Source: Octopus vulgaris (lineage: Eukaryota). From it: 64,000 nt of DNA. Each line of letters begins with the position of its first letter. Position 1 is the first letter of the stretch. The DNA lies in the NCBI GenBank assembly GCA_951406725.2, contig OX597834.1:9052001-9116000 (forward strand). The letters are read 5' to 3'. The notes under the pieces are model-generated. The model did no database searches. It was given only the letters and a program-made list of their open reading frames with translations, and had not been told where the DNA came from. Shown piece by piece: positions 40,845-52,564 of the stretch. The translations under genes were made by a program, and so were the position numbers.

Positions 40845-41167
40845 CATTATTTACATTATTTACATTCGGCAGATATTTATCTTCATGTTGTTTGTTGTTA
40901 ACTCAACGTTTCGGCTGATATTCCCTCCAGCCTTCTTCAGGTGTCTTGTGGAAATTTCGAACCTGGCTTCTCATTCCTAAGGTATCTTTCAATGTTGTTG
41001 TTGTTGTTGTTCTTATCGTTATTATTGTTATTATTGTTGTTGTAGTTGTCGTCGTCGACGTTGTTGTTGTTATTATTATTATTGTTAGTGTTCAGGTCAC
41101 TGCATGGAATCGAACTCGGAATCTTAGGGTTAGTAGTCCTCGCTCTTAACCACTATGCCATATGCCC
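40845..41167 (-). mobile_element. tRNA-headed SINE-like element with (AAC/AAT)n linker and hammerhead-bearing 3' module
   Basis: A-box TGGCATAGTGG, B-box GAGTTCGATTCC, trinucleotide linker, second B-box-like GGTTCGAAATT, hammerhead at 40900-40945, short (AATGTAAAT)n tail. Confidence 0.75.
40900..40945 (-). ncRNA. Minimal type-I hammerhead ribozyme (Penelope-type)
   Basis: GACAC-CUGAAGA-A-GGCUG(GAGGGAAUAU)CAGCC-GAAA-CG-UU^GAGUU. Intact CUGANGA and GAAA, 5-bp stem II, loopless palindromic stem III (ACGU), 4/5-bp stem I. Confidence 0.7.
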
Positions 41168-41499
41168 GATAAAACTGATATTTATTTTATCGACCCCGAA
41201 AGTATAAAAGTCAAAGCCAACCTCGGAGGAATTTCAAGTTAGAAAGTGAAAACGGGCGAAATGTCGCTAAGCATATTTTACCGGCGCTTTAACGATTGTG
41301 AGAGCTCGCCACATTTCAGAAGTTTTGTGCTTCTTTTAAGAGAGGCATTTATAACTGTTCCAGATCATTGTAGTTTCAGTATTTAATTACTATACGCCTA
41401 ATAAACCTACCTCACACCTTTGTTTTATTACGAGTGGAAGAAGACAGCAATAAATGCATTTATTTTGAGCACACGCCACTAAGAGTATTTGTCATATCT

Positions 41500-41965
41500 G
41501 ATTAGTTTCTAAATGCAGTGAGGACGTTTCGAAGTTCGCTATGCCATCGTTTTGAGTCAAGCTGGGCAGAAACTTATGAGTAACGTCTTCGCTGGTACAA
41601 GAGGTTCAAACGTACTAGTGAGGAAATGGACTATAATGTGAGTGGGAGTGAGGGGGGGAAGTCAGAAGGTGAACGATGGTTAAGCAAATTCGCAAGTTGT
41701 CACTAAAGACAATAAGCATACCGTTTGGTGTTCGTGTGGCAACTGTACACAGAATTATTGCTAAGGATCTGTGCATGTGCACCCTTTGTGAAAACTCTGA
41801 TTCCTTAGTGCTCTGTGAAGAGCATTTTGTTAAGAGACTACTTGACAGAGATGGCCATCAAAACTGTCACTCACCTTCCTTACAATCCAAACAATTTCGT
41901 CTTATGATTTTTGGTGGTTCCCCACGCTGAAAGAGAACCTCAATATTCGTCTTTCCGAAGATATT
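41500..41965 (+). mobile_element. mariner transposase remnant
   Basis: LSLKTISIPFGVRVATVHRIIAKDLCM and IKTVTHLPYNP...PTLKENL (cf. PHPPYSPDLAP..LFPKLK). Confidence 0.65.
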
Positions 41966-41974
41966 ATAAAGATA

Positions 41975-42359
41975 CTAGCAGTATCGCCCGGCGTTGCTCA
42001 GGTTTGTAAGGGAAATAACTATAAAGCATTTTTAGAGAGTTATAGCCAAAAAATAGCAAAAAAATGGAAAAAAAAATGATGGTAAATTTTTTTGAGAGTT
42101 AAAAAAGGTGGAGTTGCGTCCCCTAGACGGTCTGTGGTTTGGGTCTCTGATTCTCGACCCCATGTCGAATTTATCGATTTTTTTCAGAATTGGGGGAACT
42201 TTTCAAAATTTTCGCTGCGTTAGTTTTGAATTATGACATTGGGCTATGTGTGTGTCAAGTTTCATCAGAATCGGTTGAAAGCCGTGGTCAGAGTGAGGGT
42301 ACGAGAAAACAGACACACAGAAACACGCACAGACACACTGCCGTTTATATAGAGAGAGA
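41975..42359 (-). mobile_element. Non-autonomous Helitron
   Basis: Minus strand begins A|TCTCTCTCTATATAAAC and ends CCTGAGCAACGCCGGGCGATACTGCTAG|T; 3' end is shared with 12183-12576. Confidence 0.88.
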
Positions 42360-42365
42360 TTATGA

Positions 42366-42760
42366 AGGAATGGCAATGTGGTAACTAGCTTGCTCACCAA
42401 TCACATGGTGGTTCTGGGTTCATTTCCACTGCGTGGCATCTTGGGCAAGTGTCTTGTACTATAGCCTTGGGGCGACCAAAGCATTGTGAGTGGATTTGGT
42501 AGACGGAAACTGAAAGAAGCTCGTCGATATGTATGTATGTATGTATGTATGTGTGTCGGTGTTTCTCCACCTAGCATTGCTTCACAACTGATGCTGGTGT
42601 GTTCATGTCTCCGTCATATAGCTGTTTGGCAAAATAGCCCGATAGAATAAGTATTAGCTTTACAAAGAATTAGTTCCTGTGGTCGATTTCCTCGACTAAA
42701 GTCGATGCTCCAGCATGGCTGCAGTTAAATGACAGAAACAAGTAAAAGAGTAAAGAGAAT
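42366..42760 (+). mobile_element. SINE family C
   Basis: GGAATGGCAATGTGGTAAC...TTGGGCAAGTGTC...GGAAACTGAAAGAAG...CAGCATGGCTGCAGTTAAATGAC. Confidence 0.88.
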
Positions 42761-42789
42761 AATGACAAAATGAAGGAATAATAATAATG

Positions 42790-43123
42790 AAGGCTCATGA
42801 CTCTGGTTAGAGCATCGAGCTTACGATCGTGAGGTTGTGAGTTCAAATCCCGGACCGGGCTTCGTGTTGTGTTCTTGAGCAAGACACTTCATTTCACGTT
42901 GCTCCAGTTCACTCAGCTGTAGAAATGAGTTAACACGTCACAGGTTCCAAGCTGTATCGCTGCCTTTTCCATTCCCTTGGATAACACTGGTGGCGTGGAG
43001 AGAAGAGGCCGTTATACATGGGCGACTGCTGGTCTTCCATAAACAACCTAGCTCGGAATTGTGCCTGGGAGGGTAACTTTCTAGGTGCAATCCCACGGTC
43101 AGTCATGACCGAAGGGAGGTCTC
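42790..43123 (+). mobile_element. tRNA-derived SINE family D
   Basis: Head TGACTCTGGTTAGAGC...GAGTTCAAATCCC; body CTTGAGCAAGACACTTCATTTCACGTTGCTCCAGTTCACTCAGCTG; tail homologous to ~11290-11375. Confidence 0.85.
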
Positions 43124-44469
43124 AGATTAAGAAGGAGCGTGTGGAAAGCCGTGTTCTGCAGGTAATGTTCCAAGACTTATTATAACGCTCTCTTTCAAAG
43201 TAGAATAACAAACGTTGGTATGTCTGCGTATTAGATCTATAATATTGATATAATTAAATTACAATAATCTACATTTATAACTCATCCTCGTAAAGCGTCT
43301 CAAATCATCTGCAATGTTCTTCGTACTTTAATCGTCTATGCCTTTTACAGAAAGTCTCTTTAGAAATATTTGGCTGAGAATATCTAAATTGTCTGTAACA
43401 GATTAAACATTCAATGATTGCTCTGGATATCATAGAGGCACTATAAAGAAGTGGATGCAACGAAATCATAAAGAACATTCCACTCAATAAAAATGAAACC
43501 AGTCTAGGAAGATAAGATCTATGACTCTAAAGAATAAGGAGAAGAGATCTTACGGTGTTAGAAGTCGATATCAAAATCAAAGCGATAGAACTGGGAATTA
43601 AAAACGTAATTTGTAACTCTGCGATCATTAAAGATCCTAACGGTTATGGATGTACAATTAATACACACGAGATTAATAATACTACAAATTACATTTTTAA
43701 TTACCAAGAGAAAACTGTTAATGTAATAAATGGTTTTCAGAAATTAACGCAAACAATTAAGAGAACAAATATTCAAGTCGTAATTAATAGGCAAATGTCC
43801 GAGTATAATTTATTAAAGTGCAATAATTGTAAGTTTTTATCAGACAATGGAAGGAGTTTCACAATTCTTATTAGGTATAACAGAAATATACCAAAAAGGC
43901 AAACATTAAAACGTGATATTCTGTTAAAACATTCTTTTTTTATTGATGCCAAAATTAATTACTTTTCCAACGAAGTTTTCAAAACCAAGAAATGAAACAC
44001 CTTGCTTTATCGCACCTTGGGCAAGAAACGTAAAGACGTATTGCAGACACAAACGTTTTACTATATCTAAACATGATCCTTTCACCTAGAGATAAATATA
44101 AAAGCAACTTTAATCAACGTACGTTGAAATTCTCATTTTCAGTATACTCTAAAGTAGAAGAAAGCGTAAACTATCCCATTAATAAGTAAACTGAGTTCAA
44201 TCCTTATGCCTGACACAATATAAATTGTCTTGCTTATCTTTATAGTAATAGCAACTTAAACGAAAATAGAATTATCCCAATACGCAATCTATGGATAGGA
44301 ACGGAACCAGTTGAGTGCGTATTTTAAACACTAGATTTCAAACAAGATAACACTGGTAATTCGAAGAAAGAGGAAATACGTTAAAATAAATAGTACTCGT
44401 ACAAATACGAAAGTTTTGTTAACTAAGAGAGAATTAGCCTTGTTGAGAGATTTCATTCATCCAATAGCC

Positions 44470-44620
44470 AAAATTATAATAATAATAATAATGATGATAA
44501 TAATAATGATAATAATAATAATGATTATAATAATAATAATAATGATTATAATATTAATGATTATAATGATAATGATACTAATAATGATAATAATAATAAT
44601 AATAATGATAATAATAACAG
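44470..44620. repeat. (AAT/GAT)n microsatellite
   Basis: Directly visible. Confidence 0.95.
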
Positions 44621-45019
44621 CAGTGAATTCAAAAGTAATGCTATATGCCTCAACACTAAAATCTAAACAGTTGTGTTAGTGCGAAAAACCTTGAATCAAT
44701 GAAAAAGAAACCTAAGTAGTATCTGCAACAGTATACGCATACGAGATGCTGTATGTCTTCCTGCAGGCTATTCATTGACCTGAAGCTTCAAAGCAATCAC
44801 TTTATATCCCCTTCAAAAGAGGAGACTCATACACAAACTGAATATACATATTACAATGTTCCATTGCCTAACATCGATCGTTAAATTGCGCTCTAATAGG
44901 CATATATGTACCTTCATTACCTAACCCAAAACGAAACAAATGCACAATAGAATCATGAGCAGAATATATAAGGAACTTCTGTTTTATGACTATTGGCTTT
45001 AAACTCTCACTCTATCTCT

Positions 45020-45345
45020 ATCCGCTCAGTCGAAGTCGACTCTGTTACTCGATGGATCAGTGTTCTCCAGCCAGTTCTATCCTGGGCCGCTTCTTTCAGA
45101 TTGGCTATGTCCATTCCAGGTATCACTCTTGATGGGGTCAAGCCAGCGGGTTCTTAGTCGGCTTCTTCATCTCTTGCCACTGACCATTCCGAGCATGATG
45201 TCCTTCTCCAGGTATTTTCTCTGCATAATATGACCGAAATAGGCCAATCTATGTTTGGTGATCCTAGCTTCTAGCGACATTTTCGGCCTTATCTGCTTAA
45301 GAACTTCTCCATTGGTAAGCCTCGCTGTCCAGGGAATCCGTAAAA
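45020..45345 (-). mobile_element. RTE (BovB-like) LINE 3' fragment
   Basis: LLRIPWTARLTNGEVL...LAYFGHIMQR..LEKDIMLGMVSGKR..TRWLD; 3' tail AGAGTCGACTTCGACTGAGCGG. Confidence 0.88.
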
Positions 45346-45424
45346 GGTATTTTCCAACACCAATGCTCGAATGCATTAAACTACCGTCAAATATTATACT
45401 CACAGCAAACACAGTCTGTTATTC

Positions 45425-45960
45425 GTTTACTTACTTCAGTCATTTGACTACGGCCAAGCTGGAGCACTACCATTAGTCGAAGAAATCGATCCTTGGACTT
45501 ATTCTTTGTAAGCCTAGTTGTTGTTCTATCGGTCTCTTAGCCCAAACTGTTAAGTTTCGGGGACGTAAACACACCAACATCGGTTGTCAAGGGACGGTGG
45601 GGTACAGACACGCCATCACTCCCAAATGTGATTGAAGGTGAACTATCTTACCTGTCCACGTCACTACGGTGTTTAACACTGGCGACATGAGTTATATACT
45701 CAAGTAAGACATGGCAGCCACCAGAAAGTACACAAAGTATATACGTTAACATATGTAATTAACGATATATATATATATTTATATGTGTGTGTGTACACAC
45801 ACACGTACACACACGACTGCTTCATTTAGTTTCCTTCTACTAAACCCACTCAGAAGGCTTTGGCTGGTCCGAGGCTTTAGTAGACGATACTTGCAACATG
45901 TTCCACGCAGTGGGTTTCATCCTGCAAGCACGTGATTAGGAAGCAATCTTCTTACCAGAG
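45425..45960 (-). mobile_element. SINE family C, diverged and interrupted
   Basis: Family C 3' half at 45425-45610 and 5' half at ~45810-45960. Confidence 0.75.
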
Positions 45961-47035
45961 AATCTATAAATAACTACATATTCTGTTAATGAATGCGCGA
46001 CTTGTACAACTGAAGATCTTAAAACCATTTTTAACTGTTAATCTATAACTAAACGGAATGACGGAAAACTTAATCTGAAACATATAGAAGCTTTCTGAAA
46101 TTGCATATACAATAGGAATTATTACAAATTAATGTAATGCGGAAGTATAATTAGCAGGTCATCGTAGAAGATCATGTTTCTGCAAGGACAAAACTATTGT
46201 GAATTCTTAGCAACTTATTTCTTTGCCTGAAAAACCTTTTACGCAGTTGGAGACTTTGAAACTTCTGGCCTCCAAACAGATCAGATTTAAATTTTCTTGA
46301 TAACCACTAAATATCGCGAATGTCCAGGTATCCAACAAAATGACTAAGGACCATATAGTGCAGACATGTCAACGTTTCCCTTCCCGGAATGAAGTCATAG
46401 AAAATAAATGCTGATTTATAGAAAAATGTTTCAAGAAAGCTTATGGAGATTATGTCCACATATGTTTATTAAAATACTTTTTTTTATTATTATTTTTGTT
46501 CTTACTACATAAGTGTTTATTTTAAAATTACCATATGTCCTCAAACTTCACTGGCAATGTGTGTGTCTGCGTTCGTGTGTGAGGGTACATATGTGTGTGG
46601 ATATGTGTATGTATGGATATGTGTGTATGTACGCGTGTGTGTGCGTCGTCTTTTATTTATTCTGACTTTAAAACCGTTTACGTTTGATTCATTAAGTCAT
46701 TATGTTTCTGTAAAGATCTAGAACAAATTCTTGGCATAAATATTAAAAGAAATTCTTTCCTTTCTTCTGTAGTTCTGAAAAGACATAACTTAGTTCATTT
46801 CTCTTTTATTCATTCCCTTATCAATTATCTTACGCAATTTGATCAACAATAAATGGCCTCGTGATCAATGCTTAACTATAGTACTTCTGCGTTTTATACA
46901 CTGTATTTTACTTATAAATATTCTTCGAATATAAATGACTTTGTTGCATGATATAAGCCAATGTATCTTTTGCATAATTTTAAGGGTAGTATATAGAAGT
47001 GGATAACACATGTGCTTCTGAAACTTCATATATAT

Positions 47036-47669
47036 TTTCTTACAGCCCACAAGGGGCTAAACATAGAGGGGACAAACAATGAAAGACAAAGGAAATAAGT
47101 CGATTACATCGACCCCAGTGCGAAACTGGTACTTTAGTTATCGACCCCGAAAGATGAAAGGGAAACGTAACGACAGACGAAATACGGCTACGCATTTCGC
47201 CCGGCATGCTAACGTTTCTTATTTCTTTATTGCCCACAAGGGGCTAAACATAGAGGGGACAAACAATGACAGGCAAAGGAAATAAGTCGATTACATCGAC
47301 CCCAGTGCGAAACTGGTACTTTATTTATCGACCCTGAAACGATGAAAGGCAAAGTCGACATCAGTGGAATTTGAACTCAGAACGTAACGACAGACGAAAT
47401 ACGGCTACGCATTTCGCCCGGCATGCTAACGTTTCTTATTTCTTTATTGCCCACAAGGGGCTAAACATAGAGGGGACAAACAATGACAGACAAAGGAATT
47501 AAGTCGATTACATCGACCCCAGTGCGAAACTGGTACTTTAGTTATCGACCCCGAAAGGATGAAAGGCAAAGTCGACCTCGGTGGAATTTGAACTCAGAAC
47601 GTAACGACAGACGAAATACGGCTACGCATTTCGCCCGGCGTGCTAACGTTTCTGCCAGCTCGCCGCCTT
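47036..47669 (-). mobile_element. SINE family A head-to-tail trimer
   Basis: Three units; junctions read AAAGAAATAAG|AAACGTTAGCATGCCGGG on the minus strand. Confidence 0.92.
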
Positions 47670-47799
47670 ATATAAGAAAACCAAAACTGTTTTTCACTAG
47701 CAATTGTCATGGAATGTGTGAATTCTACCCTAACTATTAAGGTAAACTGACATGGTCCTTCGAGATTACTTAATAATAAAGATCCACATCCACTGAAAG

Positions 47800-48040
47800 C
47801 CAACATTAACGGTTCTGATGATATCTTATTCCTATAAAATTGAACTTTTATTCTTGAAGCTAGCTTGTTTCGTGCCTTCATTGCTCAGGAACCCCTCAAG
47901 TCTCCACACTATGCTTTATGTGCATCCCTGCACATCCTTTGTTGGAAATCTCCCAGCTCATGACATTGAACGAGTTGTTGACCTACAATATTTTAAACGT
48001 AGGAGAAAAGCACCATTTGTATTGAAGAGCCCTGCAATAT
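47800..48040 (+). mobile_element. Old LINE ORF2 C-terminal remnant
   Basis: KLACFVPSLL...PCTSFVGNLPA...DLQYFKRR resembles the RT-downstream 'WNxLP...DLQxFK' motif. Confidence 0.45.
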
Positions 48041-48054
48041 CATGGACTCTCTTT

Positions 48055-48299
48055 TAATCTTTTACTTGTTTCAGTCATTTTGACTGTGGCCATGCTGGGG
48101 CACCACCATTTAATCGAGCAAATCGACCCCAGGACTTATTCTTTGTAAGCCTAGTATTTATTCTATCGTTATCTTTTTCCGAACAGCTAAGTTACGGGGA
48201 CGTAAACACAGCAGCATCCATTGTCATGCAATGTTGGGAGGACAAACACACACACACACAAACATACACACACACACAGACACACAAGCATATACACTC

Positions 48300-48343
<44 letters not shown>

Positions 48344-48498
48344 GACGGGCTTCTTTCAGTTTCCGTCTACCAAATCCACTCACAAGGCTTTGGTCGGCCC
48401 GAGGCTTTAGTAGAAGACACTTGCCCAAGGTGCCACGCAGTGGGACTGAACCTTGAACTATGTGGTTGCTAAGCAAGCTACTTACCACACAGCCACTC
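48055..48498 (-). mobile_element. SINE family C, full length
   Basis: Reverse complement of the family C head, body and tail. Confidence 0.9.
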
Positions 48499-49299
48499 TG
48501 ACACTTCTCTTTTGTTCTGACTCGTCAACCAGGTATGTCTGCATGTGTTTGTGCACATTGTGTTTATTCATTTCAGCACAAAGGTTGTGGCCATGTTGGG
48601 GGCACATCGGCACTATAGTTACATCTGCAATGGTCACTCTCCTGTGATTGGCTTTTGGTATAGGAAGCAATTTGATATTGCAGCACACTTTGTAGTTTCG
48701 AACTGTGATGTGAGTTAAAAATGAACTAAGAGGAATATCGCGAAGTGGCCATTGGCTTGTCTGTTAATAGCATGGAGAAATATAACTAAAATTCTTGATT
48801 TATGAAAATTATCTCTGGCTCGAGTTGAGGTATCGTAGTTACATAATGGCAACAATCACCTGCAACACATGAGGAGTGGTGATAACGTAAGATTCGGGAA
48901 TTCACCAAATCTGACATACTAGTAAGGAAAATGACAGTTTTGTCGTCGGATGATATGACGTTTGTGGAAATGCGTTTCACTCTAGGGGAAGAAAGTGACA
49001 GAGAGAGAAAGAATAAAACAGAAGAGAGAGAGAGAGAGAGAAACTGACAGACGGAGGCAGAGGGAAAGAACGGATGTAGTCATATGTTGCGTGCGTTAGC
49101 ATGGGAATATCGTATTGGTTACCTATATGGTTAAAATTACCGTTTTGGTAACGAACCGTTGCGGACGGGAAAGAAGAGAAAAATTCAACACGTTATGTCA
49201 TAATTGCTAATAAGAACAAGACCGGGAAAACTATTTTCATTTCATACTAAAATATGATTTTGTGGCAATTTATATCCTTGCTTCTTTCCATTTGGTCTT

Positions 49300-50206
49300 A
49301 CTTAGAGTTAGCTCTGTCGCCTACATTGAGGTCCTGGAAATAATTGTTAAGCTCTGGATAGACACTGCATGCAATTGAGGGCCATGTGTGTTTCACTAAG
49401 ACACCGTACTATCACACATGGCTCTAGTAACAAAGGAATGGATGGCTGGAAGTGTTCGTGATCACATAACTCCTAACATTTAGCCTCTAAATTCCGCAGA
49501 TCTCAATCCATTGGATTATTAAATGTGGAGCGTTATTGCGACAGAGGTCAAAGAACAGGCCCATAACACCATAGTCAGCTGCCAAAATGAACCTGGATAG
49601 AGCAGAAGGTGCCAAACTTTGGTATCAAAACCTACCACTCACTGCGCCACGGAAGACGCTGCCAGCTGCCACCAATCAACAAAAAGGCTGGCCAGGCAGC
49701 AAAAACCCTGCGAGAATCAAGTCTGTTGGTTCGAGGAGCACAACTGTTCAACTCCATTCCGGTACATGTCAGAAATCTATCAGGATGCAGTGTGGAATCA
49801 TTCAAATTGCAACTGGATAGATACTTAAGCACCATTAGAGATGAACCCCATCTCCCAGGATATACACAACGAGCACAAACTGACTCAAACTCGCTCCTAC
49901 ACATGTAAAATTTAAGCAGAGAATACAACCTGGCAACCACACCAGACTCTGAGGGTGGAGTCTTCGACTTGGCCTGAGCATGGACTCAAACCCAAATGAA
50001 ATGAAATGAAATGGATGACTTGATTGGAGAATGTAGATGATTTACATTTCCTATAGAAGTAGTTGTTGAATCTGGTTTTATTGAATAACATAGAAAAGAA
50101 GGTTTATTTTCATCCTCATATCATTTTTTGATAAATAAAGTTACTGTTAGAGTATATCTGTTTCTTTATATAAACATAAATCTTTCCTCAAATAGCTTAC
50201 ACACCC

Positions 50207-50208
<2 letters not shown>
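49300..50208 (+). mobile_element. Tc1/mariner remnant split by a LINE insertion
   Basis: PLNSADLNPLDY (cf. WPPNSPDLNPLDY) before the insert; IEVVVESGFIE* after it; TIR end CACCCTG|TA at 50208. Confidence 0.75.
49575..50013 (+). mobile_element. CR1/L2-group LINE 3' fragment with (GAAAT)n tail
   Basis: GAQLFNSIPVHVRNLSGCSVESFKLQLDRYLSTIRDEP...SNSLL; tail AAATGAAATGAAATGAAATG. Confidence 0.85.
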
Positions 50209-50265
<57 letters not shown>

Positions 50266-50352
50266 TACTAATATAGGATGAAGTTTTTTCACAGAAAAAA
50301 AATCATCAAAAATGTGGCAGCATATCAAAACTTTAAAGGTTAAAATTATAAA

Positions 50353-52058
50353 AACTTATAAACAAGGGCAAAATAAAATTATTTCTATGCCAATATGCTG
50401 ATAACAGACTTTTAAATCGTCAATTTCCACATATTATTATATACCCACGACAGAAATACGTTGTGCTGAATTTCTGTAGTGGGTATATAATAATAATATA
50501 TAATAACACGACTATTTAATATGTCATTGGCGACGGGTGTTATACCTGCAGACTGGAGAACAGCGATAATCTGCCCAATTTTCAAGAAAGGGAGCCGCGA
50601 AGACCCGCTTAAATACCGACCGGTTTCCCCTACATCAATAATCAGCAAGATGTTCGAAGCCATCCTTAAGAAAAGTATGATGCTCCACCTCCTAAACACA
50701 GCCTCTATCTCTGATTCCCAACACGGCTTCGTGCCGAAGAGATCATGCTTGACCAACTTACTGGTAATGGAAGAATTGGTGACGCGCATCCTCGATGATA
50801 GTGATGCTGTTGACATCGTTTTATTGGACTTTGCCAAAGCTTTTGACTCGGTAAACCACCGCCTATTACTTGTCAAGCTTCAAGCATATAGTTTCCATCC
50901 GGATATTATACGATGGGTTGGTGCCTTCCTCTCAGATCGCTCCTTCCAAGTCCAAGTTAATGGTTCGCGGTCCGACGTCTCCAGTGCGAGCAGTGGCGTG
51001 CCTCAAGGTTCAGTGCTTGGGCCCTTGTTGTTCTTAGTCTTCATAAATGACTTGCCCGACGACCTCACGCAACACACCCTTCTATTTGCCGACGATATCA
51101 AACTGGTCGCTACTCGCGGTAATATAGAGGATCTTCGTCGATGCCTCCACCAAATTTGGAAGTGGTCTAACGATTGGGACCTGTGTCTGAACGTGTCAAA
51201 GTGCTGTCATCTGCCTGTCGGCTCTACTCCTGCAACTCAACTTGATTTCGAGATGGGTCGTCTGCTGCTGGAGAGGACCGATCAGGTAAAGGAACTGGGT
51301 ATCTTGGTGGATTCCTCCTTTTCGCCTTCGGCCCAGTGCGTCCGTGCTGCCAATAAAGCACGCGGAATTCTGTTCTTGATTCGACGGGCATTCGGAATGC
51401 TCACAGCAGCCATATTCCTACCACTCTGTCACGCTGGTGAGACCCATATTGGAGTATGGGATTCAGGCCTCTTCTCCTTATCTCCTCAAAGACATACAGC
51501 ATCTCGAAAGAGTCCAGAGGCTGGCTACCCGCATGGGTCATGGTCTCAAAAATTTGTCCTACGAAGATAGGCACAGGACGCTCGACCTTTATTCTCTTGA
51601 GAAACGCCGCCGCCGTGGTGATCTCATTCTCGCCCACAACATTATAACGGAAAGTGTAACCTCTCGAAAGAGCTGTTCTTCACTCCTGCTCCAGAGCGTC
51701 GGCTGCGGGGTCATTCCGAAAAGCTCTACCTGCGACGATTTCATCTCAATCGAAGGAGAGGAGATTTCTCCGTCCGGGTTGCGGATCCGTGGAACAAGCT
51801 GCCAGACGAGATGGTGAAGATGCCGACGACCGCTTTGTTCAAAGCCTCCCTGGACCTCAAGTGGCCTGAACTCTTTACATGAACACCACCCTGTACTTAA
51901 CTCCATGCCCCCCTACATGGCCTTGCTATTTGCTTTTGAGCCAAATTAACTAACTAACTATCTAACTAACTAACTAACATGTGGAAATTGACGATTTAAA
52001 AGTCTGTTATCAGCATATTGGCATAGAAATAATTTTCTTTTGCCCTTGTTTATAAGTT
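50353..52058. repeat. Near-perfect foldback palindrome split by a LINE insertion
   Basis: Arms 50353-50432 / 51979-52058 (one mismatch seen) and inner arms 50433-50457 / 50470-50494. Confidence 0.9.
50505..51978 (+). mobile_element. Young 5'-truncated CR1-like LINE with nearly intact RT domain and (CTAA)n tail
   Basis: YRPVSPTS, QHGF, DFAKAFDSV, SGVPQGSVLGPLLFLVFINDL, LFADDIK; frameshifts near 51430 and 51650; stop at ~51882; (AACT)n tail. Confidence 0.95.
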
Positions 52059-52564
52059 GTGTATATGCATGTATGTATGTATATATATATATAATACTTA
52101 CGTAGGTCCATATAACAGTGCACACACACATACATACACACATATGCATACATTCACAAATATATCGAAAAATATGAGTATATGTAAACGTAGTACGGCT
52201 ATATTAAACAATTAATTTGTTGGTAAGTTGTGTGCAGCGTTTGAGCTTTCTTCAGTGTGCAGGTACTTGTGCTTAAACACACTTGTCATTGGTTATTTTA
52301 TTCTCGTTCCAAGGCAAGCAAACACCGATGCTGGCTTCACTGGTCTTGTTTTTATTTAGGAATACAAAGTCATTTGTGTGATGCACAAGAACTAACACGA
52401 GTCATCTTTTGTTCGACATTTTCAAAGTCAAGTAATTCCGTCGAATCCATTTAATTGGAACGTTGGATTTGCAAATGAGGTGAGACAAACACTGGCCGAT
52501 AAATGGAAAGACACATACAGGCAAATAGCAGGGCACGACTTACATGAATACAAAATATATATAT

